Positions 9,428-19,559 of a stretch of DNA of 64,000 bases are shown here, one piece after another. The notes under the pieces are model-generated. The model was not told where the DNA came from. It saw only the letters and a list, made by a program, of their open reading frames with translations, and ran no database searches. Position numbers and translations under genes: made by a program. The stretch comes from Candidatus Latescibacterota bacterium (lineage in GTDB: Bacteria; Latescibacterota; UBA2968; UBA8231), in the NCBI GenBank assembly GCA_965261395.1, contig OZ253462.1:3136001-3200000 (forward strand). Direction: 5' to 3'. Position 1 is the stretch's first letter, and each line of letters opens with the position of its first letter.

Positions 9428-10354
9428 TTAGTCGAGCTGGCTGTTCAAATGGCTCTTGACTCGACCCCAACTTGTGGCTTCGATGGCCGTATCTTCCTCG
9501 ACTTCGTCGGCCTCCAGCAGGATATAGTCGAGCATCTGGTCGCCCTTCTGGTCCTGGCCCGTGGAGCCGCCCAGCGGATAGAGCTGGTGCTTGGCACCGG
9601 TCTCGCCGCCGTCGCCATCGAGCGGACGCACGCCGATGTGGGTCACCTGGTCAGCTTCGAACATGTGCCGAATCGCCTCGTCTTGGGTCACACCGTGGAT
9701 GTCCCAAAAGGCGTTGCGGAACTCGAAGGTGTAAGAGACGTTGGTCGAGAAATGCTCGGCATCCGGCGGATTGACGGTCCAAGCGATCTCGAAGATGTCG
9801 CCAGTCGGCTGTTCCTCAAACATATCGGAACTCCAGCCAATCGGCGGCAGGTCGATGTATTCGAGTAGGCTGTTGTACGCCACAGGCTGGCCCGGCAGCG
9901 GCTTGATGCGGAGGTGATAGCGCTGCGCGTTGAGGACCTGATCGACGTTTTCGCCCAAAAAGTCGCCGCCCGAGTGATCCGGGTCGAAGGTGATCTGGAT
10001 GCAGTCGTCGTTCCACCAGCGCTTCTGGTCTTCCTCGATCAGACGCAGGGTGTCGTCTTGAACGCGGATGAAGAAGTAGAAGCGATTGTCCGGCGGCGTG
10101 CTCCACGCCATCAGAATGCTGACGTCGTAGTCTTCCTTGGCGATGGTCTCGCCTCCGGCGGTGAACATGCCCTCAGTCGTGAGGATGAACTCCTCGTCCA
10201 GCCAGCCCCAATCGTCTTCGAGGCCGTCGATGGTCATGGCGCTGGGATTGGGCACGCCGGGGATGAAATACTCAGCGCCGACGTGCGCGTTGGCTGGGCT
10301 AGCTAAGGCAAACGCTACGGCGCAAACTACAAAAAGAAAAAGGGTCTTTTTCAT
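9428..10354 (-). CDS. Secreted CBM9/DOMON-like protein with C-terminal SWGRVK tail
   Basis: Sec signal; TIDGLEDDW, YFFIRVQDD, WNDDCIQITFDPD, YTFEFR motifs; ends AIEATSWGRVKSHLNSQLD. Confidence 0.7.
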   Translation of the reverse strand: MKKTLFLFVVCAVAFALASPANAHVGAEYFIPGVPNPSAMTIDGLEDDWGWLDEEFILTTEGMFTAGGETIAKEDYDVSILMAWSTPPDNRFYFFIRVQDDTLRLIEEDQKRWWNDDCIQITFDPDHSGGDFLGENVDQVLNAQRYHLRIKPLPGQPVAYNSLLEYIDLPPIGWSSDMFEEQPTGDIFEIAWTVNPPDAEHFSTNVSYTFEFRNAFWDIHGVTQDEAIRHMFEADQVTHIGVRPLDGDGGETGAKHQLYPLGGSTGQDQKGDQMLDYILLEADEVEEDTAIEATSWGRVKSHLNSQLD

Positions 10355-10464
10355 GCTTTCCCTCCGTGGGATTGGTGGTATAGCTACCGACGATTCATCT
10401 TCTATGACGCACTATATTACATTTTTTAGGGGTGCTTAGCAAGTTCAATTTTCGCCGTTCCCGC

Positions 10465-13101
10465 TTACTCCTGACCGGTGCTGGCGAAGACGCGAATGAA
10501 CCCAAGCGAGGTGTTGAGCTTCTCGGCCTCGAAGTTTTGCTCCTCTAGCTGAAGGCCCGCATTTAGGGTTAGCTGGTAGCCCAAATAGGCCGCCGTATTG
10601 GAGAACAGGATCGAATAGACGCGGCTGGTAAAGTCCTCGACAAAACCGACTTGTAGCTCGGCTGGCTGGTCGCGCAAGTTCTCAAACCAACTGAACTCTA
10701 GGCCGAGCGCGATCCAAGTCTGTTCGAGGATCGCATAGCGCGAAATCAAGAACAGAGTTTCCTCTAGCTCGCGGATATTAGCCTGCGACGGATCGGTGGG
10801 AACTTCGCGCCTGAAGGTGCTCTTCCACTTGGGCCAGATGGTCAGGGCCGCCCCGATGGGAACGGTGTAGTCGGCTTTGGTTATTAGCCCGAAAAACGAG
10901 CGGTCGCGCTTGTCGGCGGCCTGCTCTCCCCGCTGGTTGAAAAGCTCGTGTTTGACCTTGGCGGTCGCCCTGAAGTTGCGGATGCGATTGTAGTCGGCCT
11001 GCATATAGACGCTGTTGACGAAAGTGTCTTGGTTGTCGAGCGGATCGGTAAAGTCCGTCCGGCCCGTTGGGTCAATCCACCGCAGGCGGTCTTCCGGGAT
11101 GTTGTCCACCACGAATTTCGCGTGCTCAAAGAGCGCGACCCGCAGGCCCGGGAAGTTCCAGCGCACAGTGAACAAACCGTAGTTGGCCTTGCTCTTGCGC
11201 GCCGAGCTTAGCTGGCGCTCGCTCAAGCGGCCCAGGGTTAGCTGTGCATCTTCGCTGAGCATAAAGCCGCCGTAGGCGTTGTAGCCACGGTGATCGCGGT
11301 CGTAGGGATAGTCGGGTTGGCGGTCGTCCTCAAAGCGGTCGATCAGGGTGTTGTTGTTCATGTCCATGCCGAAGAGAAAGGCCGGAGGATCGACCTCGTA
11401 GCGCAGGAAAGGCTCGTCGTAGTCGGGTCGCGAGTTGCGGTTTTGGTTGAAGTCGGAGACGAAGTCGTTGTTCTCATCTAACCCGGGGAACACCGCTAAG
11501 TCGGCACCCACCGACCCGCCCGAAGCGCCTATCCCGGTGCCAAATTGGCCGGCCCGCTGCCAGTCGGCAAAGCGGTCTTGATCGTCGTTGTCATCGACGA
11601 ATTCGAAGAGATGGAAAATTTCGCTGCTGTAATCGATGCCGCCCAGCGAGTTGGCCATGAACGCGGTCGTGCTGTAATCGGGGTCCATTGTGAACATCTC
11701 GCCGTAGGCAAACCACGGGTAGGAGGCATAAGACGCGGTGATATAACCGGCCTCACCCTTATCTTCGGCGAGGGTGTGTTGCTCTAGGTTTTGGTTGGGG
11801 AAGCGCCGGAAGCGCCGGTTGCGCACGAACTCGGCGCGCAGGTCTAACCCGCCGAGGCTCAGAATCTCGAAATCTACCCCGGTCACATCGCTGCCGGTGG
11901 GCAACCCGTACTCAAAGCGCAAAAACTGTTGGTTCGATCCGTCGGATATTTCGCCTTCGGCTTGCGCCACAGGCAAAAAGACCGGGTCGCCCAAGCGGTC
12001 GGTCTGCACGTTGGACGTGACGGCCACTCGGTAGTCGTTGGCCAGAATCAACTCGAACTCGATTTTGCTCGCTTCTTGATAGGTCGGGACCTTTTCGGTG
12101 GGCCGGAAGCTGTTGCGGATGTCGTAGATCAGTTCGATGTTGTCCACGCCTCTGGCCTCTAAGCTGCCGCCGGTGCGGATTCCGCCGCGAACGATCGGGG
12201 TGATTTCCGGGTGAATCTCGCCGTCGATCAGCACTCGGTCGAAAAACAGCAGCGCGCCGTCGTCGCTCGACTCGGGCGAATCGTCTGAGATCAGGATCGT
12301 CACGGTCTCGACACTGCCTGTATTCTGCGGCGTGGTCAAGACGCCCTTGAGCGAATTGTCGCCCATGTTGAGGGTGCTCCGCGCGTTGTGGGTGCTGACC
12401 CACGTTGCCCCCACCTTGGCGAAGTCGCCCACTTGGGCCACGCCCCGGCCGCCGAGCAGGCGGGTGGAGTTTTCCACCAAGGCTGCGGCCTGGGACTGGG
12501 TTCCGGCCGGGTTAGCCGGCGAACTGATGCGCGAGCCAAGGAACGTGAATGCGTACTTATCGGAGAGGAAGTCCCACTGGATACCGTTGAAGGTCGGCTT
12601 GGAGAAGGTCAGTGGGGTCAGGGTGGTGCGGATGGCGTCGCCTATGGTCAGCGCGGTGTGAAACTGGCCCTTGTGGGCAGACGAGATCACCACGCGGTCG
12701 AACCAACTGCTGTAGCGCGGGCTTTTGAAGATGCCGCTGCCCTGGCGCAGGGGGTTGTTCTCGGTCCAGTCGTAAATCGTCCAGCCGCGGGCGATGTAGT
12801 TGCCGAAGGCATCGTAGTGGCGATTCCCCTCTAGCTGTATATCGACGTAGCGCTCGTACTCGTCGCGGGCGTAGTTGCTGTATTCCCAGCCCCGCCAGCC
12901 GTATTCGTAGAAGAGGTTTTGTGGCAGGTAGAACTTGCGGCGGTTGGGCGCTAGGGCACCGGGATGGATTCGCACCCCGTAGATTCCTGGCTCGGCTATG
13001 GGCCGATAGCCCGTAGTTAACTGGGCTGAAGCACCGTCCCAGGCTAGCACCAGCAACGCGAGTGCTGCACACAATGCCGATCGGATGCGAGACAAATACA
13101 T
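10465..13101 (-). CDS. ~880-aa secreted hypothetical protein, probable outer-membrane beta-barrel with Asp-rich Ca-binding loops
   Basis: Signal peptide; many alternating amphipathic strands; DDNDDQD, DENNDFVSD, DMNNNTLID motifs; paralog at 39158..41773. Confidence 0.65.
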   Translation of the reverse strand: MYLSRIRSALCAALALLVLAWDGASAQLTTGYRPIAEPGIYGVRIHPGALAPNRRKFYLPQNLFYEYGWRGWEYSNYARDEYERYVDIQLEGNRHYDAFGNYIARGWTIYDWTENNPLRQGSGIFKSPRYSSWFDRVVISSAHKGQFHTALTIGDAIRTTLTPLTFSKPTFNGIQWDFLSDKYAFTFLGSRISSPANPAGTQSQAAALVENSTRLLGGRGVAQVGDFAKVGATWVSTHNARSTLNMGDNSLKGVLTTPQNTGSVETVTILISDDSPESSDDGALLFFDRVLIDGEIHPEITPIVRGGIRTGGSLEARGVDNIELIYDIRNSFRPTEKVPTYQEASKIEFELILANDYRVAVTSNVQTDRLGDPVFLPVAQAEGEISDGSNQQFLRFEYGLPTGSDVTGVDFEILSLGGLDLRAEFVRNRRFRRFPNQNLEQHTLAEDKGEAGYITASYASYPWFAYGEMFTMDPDYSTTAFMANSLGGIDYSSEIFHLFEFVDDNDDQDRFADWQRAGQFGTGIGASGGSVGADLAVFPGLDENNDFVSDFNQNRNSRPDYDEPFLRYEVDPPAFLFGMDMNNNTLIDRFEDDRQPDYPYDRDHRGYNAYGGFMLSEDAQLTLGRLSERQLSSARKSKANYGLFTVRWNFPGLRVALFEHAKFVVDNIPEDRLRWIDPTGRTDFTDPLDNQDTFVNSVYMQADYNRIRNFRATAKVKHELFNQRGEQAADKRDRSFFGLITKADYTVPIGAALTIWPKWKSTFRREVPTDPSQANIRELEETLFLISRYAILEQTWIALGLEFSWFENLRDQPAELQVGFVEDFTSRVYSILFSNTAAYLGYQLTLNAGLQLEEQNFEAEKLNTSLGFIRVFASTGQE

Positions 13102-13155
13102 AGGATACCCCTCCCTCAAGAGGCTTGACCGAATGGGCTAGGAGCTAGCTGTTAG

Positions 13156-15450
13156 TTAGTACGCTACGTTGATGATCTGCGCCAAGTTTTGGACTTCGGC
13201 TTGGGCGTCGATTTGAATTCGGCACACGTAAATCCCCGGGGGCACGCGCCGGCCTTGGTCGTCTTCGCCATTCCACTCATAGACGAGGTAGCCGTCGCTA
13301 CTGCGGCCGCCCGCCAACGAGCCGACCTGCCGCCCGTCGAGCGCATAGATATCGACCGCTACCGGGGCGTCTGTCTTTAATACCGCGAAGCGAATCTCGG
13401 CTTGGTCGCCGATCCCATCGCCGTTGGGCGTGAGGACCTTGGGCGAAATGACGACTTTGCCGAGCAGGTCCTCGGACGCGGGCACCTCGGGTAGAAATAC
13501 CGTGGTGGCGGCCCGGCCGGCCGGATCGACCTGCTGCCAAAACTCCATTTCGTCAGTGTGCCCGACGAAGGCAGAAAAGAGATAGGGATTGGCGAATACG
13601 TTGACTTGCAGATCGATTTCGACCTCTTGCCGCCGGACGACTTGCGGCAACTCCACTACCAGCGAGTCGGGCAACAGCTCTAAGGAGACTGGCTCGACCT
13701 CGGCACCGGCGACGCGGATGACCACGCTTTCAGCGGTTGCTTGCGACGGAGTGTTTAGCCTTAGGCGGTTAAAGCCCTTGTCGCCAGACTGGAAGTCCGG
13801 CTGCAACACGTACGTAAAGTTTTCCGGCTGGCCCACTTGTGCCTCGTTGGGGGAGACTTGGCCAAGGGCCCCGTTGAGGAACGAGTCCGTGTAGTTGAGC
13901 CGCAGGCCGTTTAGGGTGGGGGCCACATCTGGGCTGTCCGATTTGAGCAGCACCCTGAACTGCACGTAGCGCCTCGGGCTGGGCGAGAGAAACTCTTGGC
14001 CGGAAAGCAGGTAGGTGTTGCTCCAGCCGCTCCAATCCTCGCTCGGCCGAATGTAGGGCACGATGTCGCCCTTCCACCTTTTCTTTAGGGCGTTGTATTC
14101 GTCCTCGGTTACTTCGTGGCCTTTGCGGTGGTAGTACGTATTGCCCTCGTCGAGGCCGCTACCCGAGCGCGTCTGTGCCAAAATTTGCGTTCCCGGGGGC
14201 AGGTCGGCGTCCCATTCGAGGGTGCGGAAAACCTTGGGGCGGTCGTCTATCCTGAGAAAATCCGAGCGCAATTCCACTTCGGCGACATAGCCGGTGGGTA
14301 CGACTACGGCTTCGGCTATCGCGCCGCTGCTGCTGCCCCCGAAGATCATTTCGAGATGGCGCAGGGGCCGGTACGGGTACATGAGATAGTTGATCGGCTC
14401 GGGGTTGTTCCAATCGCCTGGCGCGGGGAAGTCGAAGAGTACGTCGAAGTCGATGTCGCCCGAGGGCTTGAGCTCGCCGGCTGACCCCAGCAGCCGGTGG
14501 CGCAAGATGCGCGGCCGACCCCAGGTGGTGGTCTCCTGAAACGCTACGAAGATGACGCGGTTGATCCAAAAGACAGCGCCTAGATCCCAGCGCCACTGGG
14601 CGATGAACTGGCCGGTCTCGCTCCAGTTGAGCTCTTCCCAGAAGGTATTGACATTGCCGTCGATTATCGCTGGGGCGCGCTCCTTGCCCTGATCGTCGAT
14701 TATCCCGCCCCGCCCCACGGTCCCTTGGGCGATGTTCTGTCCAAACGAGATGACCTCGACCTCTGCGAGAGCCGCGTCCTCGCTTTTGACGTCGGCTATG
14801 ATGCGGATGTATTGGGTGGGAGCGAAGGACGTGGAGACGTCGGTGTCCTCAGCAGGTCGGCCAAAGCTCAGCACCCGTTTGGTTGCCTCACCAAAGGTCA
14901 CTGGATACGACAAGAGGGTCTCTTCGTTGCGCTTGGTCGTACCGCCGATGAGGTTGAAGAGGAAGACGTCGTCGGTGATTGATTGGAACTTGCCGTCGGA
15001 GCCAAAGACCCGGAGTGCCCGCAGCGGGCGCGCCCCTTCCTCATCGGGGAAGTGCAGGCGAACCTCCTTGACGGCCACCATCCGGCCCAAGTTGATCTCG
15101 ATCCACCAAGCATCGAGCGGGTCGTCTTGGCTGGGTTTCCAGTAGGTGGTGGTGTCGTCGTCGATGATCAGGTGGGCGTCGGCCGCATTGGACCCGGTCT
15201 TCCAGACCCCGCCGCGCTGCTCGTCGATTTTTTTTAGCTTGTGCGTGAACAGAGGGGAACTCGGCGCGGCGTTGAAGGACTGCTCGAACCGAACCGGCTT
15301 GATCGACCCGTCTGCTCGCAGGTCGAGGGTGCCAGCCGGGTAGATCCACGTCTCCCACTGCGCCTTAGTGTTTATTTCAAAAACCTCTTGAGAATGGGCA
15401 AAACTCGCTGGCAAAACCAGCGTCAGCAAACTAAGCCATAGTCGTTTCAC
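13156..15450 (-). CDS. Secreted protein with discoidin-like domains and C-terminal FlgD-Ig / T9SS type-B-like domain (subtype II)
   Basis: Signal peptide; IIDDDTTTYW...WWIEINLGR (F5/8-like); tail VLTPNGDGIGD...IYALDGR...WNGEDDQG...PPGIY...VAY. Confidence 0.8.
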   Translation of the reverse strand: MKRLWLSLLTLVLPASFAHSQEVFEINTKAQWETWIYPAGTLDLRADGSIKPVRFEQSFNAAPSSPLFTHKLKKIDEQRGGVWKTGSNAADAHLIIDDDTTTYWKPSQDDPLDAWWIEINLGRMVAVKEVRLHFPDEEGARPLRALRVFGSDGKFQSITDDVFLFNLIGGTTKRNEETLLSYPVTFGEATKRVLSFGRPAEDTDVSTSFAPTQYIRIIADVKSEDAALAEVEVISFGQNIAQGTVGRGGIIDDQGKERAPAIIDGNVNTFWEELNWSETGQFIAQWRWDLGAVFWINRVIFVAFQETTTWGRPRILRHRLLGSAGELKPSGDIDFDVLFDFPAPGDWNNPEPINYLMYPYRPLRHLEMIFGGSSSGAIAEAVVVPTGYVAEVELRSDFLRIDDRPKVFRTLEWDADLPPGTQILAQTRSGSGLDEGNTYYHRKGHEVTEDEYNALKKRWKGDIVPYIRPSEDWSGWSNTYLLSGQEFLSPSPRRYVQFRVLLKSDSPDVAPTLNGLRLNYTDSFLNGALGQVSPNEAQVGQPENFTYVLQPDFQSGDKGFNRLRLNTPSQATAESVVIRVAGAEVEPVSLELLPDSLVVELPQVVRRQEVEIDLQVNVFANPYLFSAFVGHTDEMEFWQQVDPAGRAATTVFLPEVPASEDLLGKVVISPKVLTPNGDGIGDQAEIRFAVLKTDAPVAVDIYALDGRQVGSLAGGRSSDGYLVYEWNGEDDQGRRVPPGIYVCRIQIDAQAEVQNLAQIINVAY

Positions 15451-15466
15451 GGCTACCGCTCCTTTC

Positions 15467-17413
15467 TCAATACGCCACGCCGATGCTGCTAGAACGCAAG
15501 AGTGTCCCGCGCTCAGTGTGGACTTGGACCACGGCGAGGTATAGCCCCGGCGGGACTACCTGCCCTTGGTCGTCGCGCCCGTCCCAAGCCACTGCATAAG
15601 CACCGCTGGTGCTCTCGGCGTCGAGGACGGTACGCACTGGGCGACCGGCCAAATCGAAAATTTCAACGGCGACGGCGACCGGCTTTACCAACTGCAAAAG
15701 GCTGTAGATCAGCTTTACTTGGTCGTTGATACCGTCCCCGTTGGGGGTGAAGACCGGGCTGCTTACCGCCAAGGAGGACACCAACTGGCTGGCCGAAGCG
15801 GCCGTCGTCAGTATCCGCAGAGCATTGGTCAGCACTTCCGGGTTGGCGTCTCCGGGCTGCACCCGCTGGGGCACGCCGCCGTCCTCGGTCTGAGAGTCGA
15901 AGACCTCGGCCTCGACCGAGGTGCCTTGGACGAAAATCTGCGCATCGAACACGGCGCGCATTCGGTAAATGCCGGTCGCCGGTCGCTGCGAGGAAAAGAA
16001 AATGGTCAGGCTACCCAGCTCCGCCTGCACGCTGTCGGGTGTGACCTCGACCCCGTCTTCTCCAGTGAAGAACTGCCGAAACACGGGCGTTGATTGGGGT
16101 GTGAGGATGCGCAGGGCGTCAAAGCCCGTGTCCGCCTCCTCGATTTGGGACACGACATCGTAGGCAAAGGTCGTAAAGTCTCCGGCGGTCACAATGGGCA
16201 CGTCGCCGGGAGGACGGGGGACGGCTAACTCGGAAATCTCGGCCACCAAGATCTGGGCCACGGGTGGGATCGTGTGTTCGACGCTCAGCGATGTGAGCCG
16301 CAGGCCGTCGAGGATCGCGCCGCTTTCGATCCGCACCTCAAACTGGAAGTAGCGCCTTGGGCTGGGTAGTTGGATGAGCTGGCCGGACTCGGTGAAGGGA
16401 GCCGACCACAGGCTCCAGTTGACTTGGTCGTCGTCAACCGGGCCGCGCACGCCCGCTTCAAGGGCCTTGTACTCGTCTTCGGTGACGACTTGCCGCTCGC
16501 GGGTAAAGAGGTCGGTGTACTCGTAATAGACCCGGGGGTTGTCGTCTAGGCCGGTGCGCATCACCACCTTCAGATCGGCGTCGGCGGCTGGCTCGACGAC
16601 TAGCTCGTCGCCGCTCTGGCGCAGCTTTTCCAGCGTCCATTCCACGCGGCTGAAATTGGCTGGCTCTCCGAGGTCGATGATTTCCGAACGATAGGAGCCA
16701 GCCGGCGCAAACCCCGCGCCAAAGAGCTGGAATTCGGCCAGTTCAAACGGGCTGGTCGAAATGACTTCTAATTCGATGTAGCGGACGAATTGCAAGGGGA
16801 AGTCGATCTGCGCTATGTTCTCGCGGGTAAAGTCAACGCGCTTGATGGGGGCGTAGATCGGTTCGTCTCGTTCGTTGAAGCTGGCACCGTCGTTGACCTT
16901 GAGCACGTAGCCGCGGATGTAGTCTTCGCTGAACGGCCGCCCCTCTGAACTGAGGCCCGCCAAGCGCGGAAAAAACGAGATCCGATTGGCGGGAAAACGG
17001 GTCCCCAAGTCAAAGAAAAACTTGGTGCCGTCTTGGGCGATGCCAAAGCGCTTAAACGCGAGGTGGGTGGAGGTGGTGTCGATCCCATCGACTATTTCCA
17101 AGAGGGGGCGCACGACCGCTATGTTGTCCCAGATCAGTGCTTGGGCGCGCTCCTCCACATAGCCAGAGGGAAACCCATCGACCCAACTCAGGCTCGGAAT
17201 GACATTGTCCTTAGAGGTAAAGGCTACGAGTTGGATGGCGCCCGACACGTCGAAACTCATCGCGGTGGAAAGCAGCTCGTGTTCTCGCCAAGCGGCTCCT
17301 TCGTCCCCGCCCACCGTCCACTGGCGGACTTCCGCAGCCGCTGGCTGCGGGGCGAGGGCCACAGCAGCTATGCACAGTGCCACAAGGCGAGAAATTGTCG
17401 TGCGCAAGCCCAT
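15467..17413 (-). CDS. Secreted FlgD-Ig-tailed protein (subtype I)
   Basis: Signal peptide, WTVGG..GAAW N-motif, tail VFTPNGDGIND...WDGRDDQG...PPGLY...VAY; start may be 17428. Confidence 0.8.
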   Translation of the reverse strand: MGLRTTISRLVALCIAAVALAPQPAAAEVRQWTVGGDEGAAWREHELLSTAMSFDVSGAIQLVAFTSKDNVIPSLSWVDGFPSGYVEERAQALIWDNIAVVRPLLEIVDGIDTTSTHLAFKRFGIAQDGTKFFFDLGTRFPANRISFFPRLAGLSSEGRPFSEDYIRGYVLKVNDGASFNERDEPIYAPIKRVDFTRENIAQIDFPLQFVRYIELEVISTSPFELAEFQLFGAGFAPAGSYRSEIIDLGEPANFSRVEWTLEKLRQSGDELVVEPAADADLKVVMRTGLDDNPRVYYEYTDLFTRERQVVTEDEYKALEAGVRGPVDDDQVNWSLWSAPFTESGQLIQLPSPRRYFQFEVRIESGAILDGLRLTSLSVEHTIPPVAQILVAEISELAVPRPPGDVPIVTAGDFTTFAYDVVSQIEEADTGFDALRILTPQSTPVFRQFFTGEDGVEVTPDSVQAELGSLTIFFSSQRPATGIYRMRAVFDAQIFVQGTSVEAEVFDSQTEDGGVPQRVQPGDANPEVLTNALRILTTAASASQLVSSLAVSSPVFTPNGDGINDQVKLIYSLLQLVKPVAVAVEIFDLAGRPVRTVLDAESTSGAYAVAWDGRDDQGQVVPPGLYLAVVQVHTERGTLLRSSSIGVAY

Positions 17414-17430
17414 CGGTTGGAACTCCATGC

Positions 17431-19485
17431 TTAGTAGGCTACGGCCACCGCCCCGAAGCGCACCACTCGGCCTCGGTCGGTGTTGGCCCCAATGCGCGCC
17501 AAATACACGCCTGGCGCTACGAGCTGATTGGCTTCGTCGCGGCCATCCCATTGCAGCGCGTGATGCCCAGCACCCTGTACCCCGCCCGACAGGCTCCGCA
17601 CCCGCTGCCCGGCCAAGGTCAGTAACTCGACGTCCACTTCGACCGCATCGAGTACGCTGAACAAGGTGTATTCAATGGCCACTTGGTCGTTGATGGCATC
17701 GCCTTGGGGCGTGAAGACTGCGGGCGCGATCACTATTTCGGACAGCACGGACTCAAGAGAGCCGGAACTGACTAGTACCCGCAGTTGATCGGTGCCCAAT
17801 TCATCGCTAGCATCGCCGCCTTCAACACTTTGGGGCAACGAGCTGCCCTGCCGCACAAAGACCTCGGCGCGCAGTTGGTCGGACGCACCGTACACGGTCG
17901 TCTCCAGCCGCAGCCGCAGCTCGTCACTGGTGTCCGGCCCGATCATCTGCGGCAGATAGATCGCCAACTCGCTCCCTTCATCGACGATGCTGTCCGGCTC
18001 CACGGTCGCCAGCGGGTCGCCCATCTCCAGCCCCAGCACCCGGCCCGTAGAAGGCAGGCCCAATCGCACCGCGTCGAATCCCTGCTGGCTGGCGTCGGAA
18101 AACTCGGCGCGCAAGTCGAGGATGAACTCGGTCTGCGCCCCCGCGGGCACTTGTGGCACTTTGCCGACGGGGCGCAATTGGTCAACCGCAGCGACCTCGC
18201 CCACGATCCGGTCGGCCAAAAGCGGAGAGGTCTCGATAGTAACCCAATCGAGGCGGGCGAATTCCCACAAGGCTTCGGTTTCTAGCTGAATGTGTAGCTG
18301 AATATAGCGCCCCTTGGGCACGCGGGGCCGCTGCCCCGGAACCCGGATCGGCGGCGACCAGAAGCTCCAATTGTTTATATCGTCGGCGATGACGCCCTGC
18401 CAACCCACGGCCGGCGGATCCCACGGCCACACGCGCGGCTTGAACTTAGCATAGACATCCTTTTCCACTTCCACGGGCTGGGCCAAGTCGTTGTACGAGT
18501 GATAGGCGATAGGGCTTTCATCTAGCCCAGTCTTGATTTCGATATTGACTCCGGCCTTGGCGTTGGGAGATTCGACCAATTGATCTCCGTCGCGCCGCCA
18601 GGTACTCAAGCCGAAGTTGACCTCGCCGATGTTGATCAGATCGCCCATGTCGATCACTTGGGATAGCCAGCGCGCCCGGGGAACGAAACCGCGGCCGTAA
18701 ACTTCCAACTCAGCCAGCGCGTAGCGCGTGAACTTTGGTGGGGCGTCTGGAAGCACCCGCATGCGGAAGAAGCGCAGATACTGGAGCGGAAAGTCGACCG
18801 CGATAACAGCGTCGAAGTTTTGGTCCACCTTGGCCAACAGTTTATCCAGCGGCAGGTAGTATTGCGTCTCCTGCGTGCCGGCGACACCCGAGCGGAATTG
18901 CGGGGGCAGTTGGCTTTCGACGGCGACCTTGTCGTTGGTGGCCGTCAGTTCGTAGGCTTCGAATTTGTAGTTGGGTCGGTACGGCTCTTGGAAGAAGGGG
19001 TCGTTACCCTCGGGCGGCATCAACTTGAAGTGGTCGGCGGGAATCTGCATACCCATATCGAGCGTGTAGAACTCGCCCCAGATACCGCCTAGTCCACCGC
19101 TGCCCTGAAAGTCGCGGCCCTCGTAAAAAGTGTCGAGATCCCCGTCGATAAATTCCATCGGGTTGGAGACGTGGCCGGGCCGGGAGACGTCGCCGATTGC
19201 TCGCCAGATGCGGGGCATTCCCTCTTGATAGCTGATGTCGATCGGCTGCCGATAGCGCGTCCAGTGGCGCAGCTGGGTCACCACATTGACATCGGGCTTG
19301 AGTTCCAGCGGTTGGATCGCGCCAGGGGTCGTGGTGTTATCGACCATCAGGTTGACCTGCGTCTGCTCTTCCCAATCGAGGCCATCTGCGCCGCCGAGGC
19401 GGAACTGCGCCACTTGCGCTCCAGCCGTGCAGATTTGGACTGCGACCATGCACGTTGCGGCCAACAAATAGAGCTTGAATTTCAT
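17431..19485 (-). CDS. Secreted FlgD-Ig-tailed protein (subtype I)
   Basis: GGAGG RBS before ATG 19485; FRLGGADGLDW N-motif; tail VFTPQGDAIND...WDGRDEAN...PGVY...VAY. Confidence 0.8.
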   Translation of the reverse strand: MKFKLYLLAATCMVAVQICTAGAQVAQFRLGGADGLDWEEQTQVNLMVDNTTTPGAIQPLELKPDVNVVTQLRHWTRYRQPIDISYQEGMPRIWRAIGDVSRPGHVSNPMEFIDGDLDTFYEGRDFQGSGGLGGIWGEFYTLDMGMQIPADHFKLMPPEGNDPFFQEPYRPNYKFEAYELTATNDKVAVESQLPPQFRSGVAGTQETQYYLPLDKLLAKVDQNFDAVIAVDFPLQYLRFFRMRVLPDAPPKFTRYALAELEVYGRGFVPRARWLSQVIDMGDLINIGEVNFGLSTWRRDGDQLVESPNAKAGVNIEIKTGLDESPIAYHSYNDLAQPVEVEKDVYAKFKPRVWPWDPPAVGWQGVIADDINNWSFWSPPIRVPGQRPRVPKGRYIQLHIQLETEALWEFARLDWVTIETSPLLADRIVGEVAAVDQLRPVGKVPQVPAGAQTEFILDLRAEFSDASQQGFDAVRLGLPSTGRVLGLEMGDPLATVEPDSIVDEGSELAIYLPQMIGPDTSDELRLRLETTVYGASDQLRAEVFVRQGSSLPQSVEGGDASDELGTDQLRVLVSSGSLESVLSEIVIAPAVFTPQGDAINDQVAIEYTLFSVLDAVEVDVELLTLAGQRVRSLSGGVQGAGHHALQWDGRDEANQLVAPGVYLARIGANTDRGRVVRFGAVAVAY

Positions 19486-19519
19486 ACTGGCCACCTCCTA
19501 AAACAGAGACACTGCACGG

Positions 19520-19553
19520 CGAATATAACACAAAATAGCAGGTACCTGCCAAA
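19520..19553 (-). promoter_or_regulatory. Putative promoter with 12-bp palindrome upstream of the secreted genes of copy A
   Basis: Minus strand TTGGCA...TGnTATATT (extended -10); perfect palindrome GCAGGTACCTGC at 19538-19549. Confidence 0.4.
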
Positions 19554-19559
19554 TTAAAT

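Noticed and set aside
10465-13101. SusC / TonB-dependent receptor
   Set aside because: No recognisable TonB box, plug or TBDT C-terminal signature and no SusD neighbour; not formally excluded without a structure search.
13156-19485. Flagellar hook-cap (flgD) genes
   Set aside because: Only the Ig-like C-terminal domain resembles FlgD; the proteins have Sec signals and no flagellar genes are nearby.
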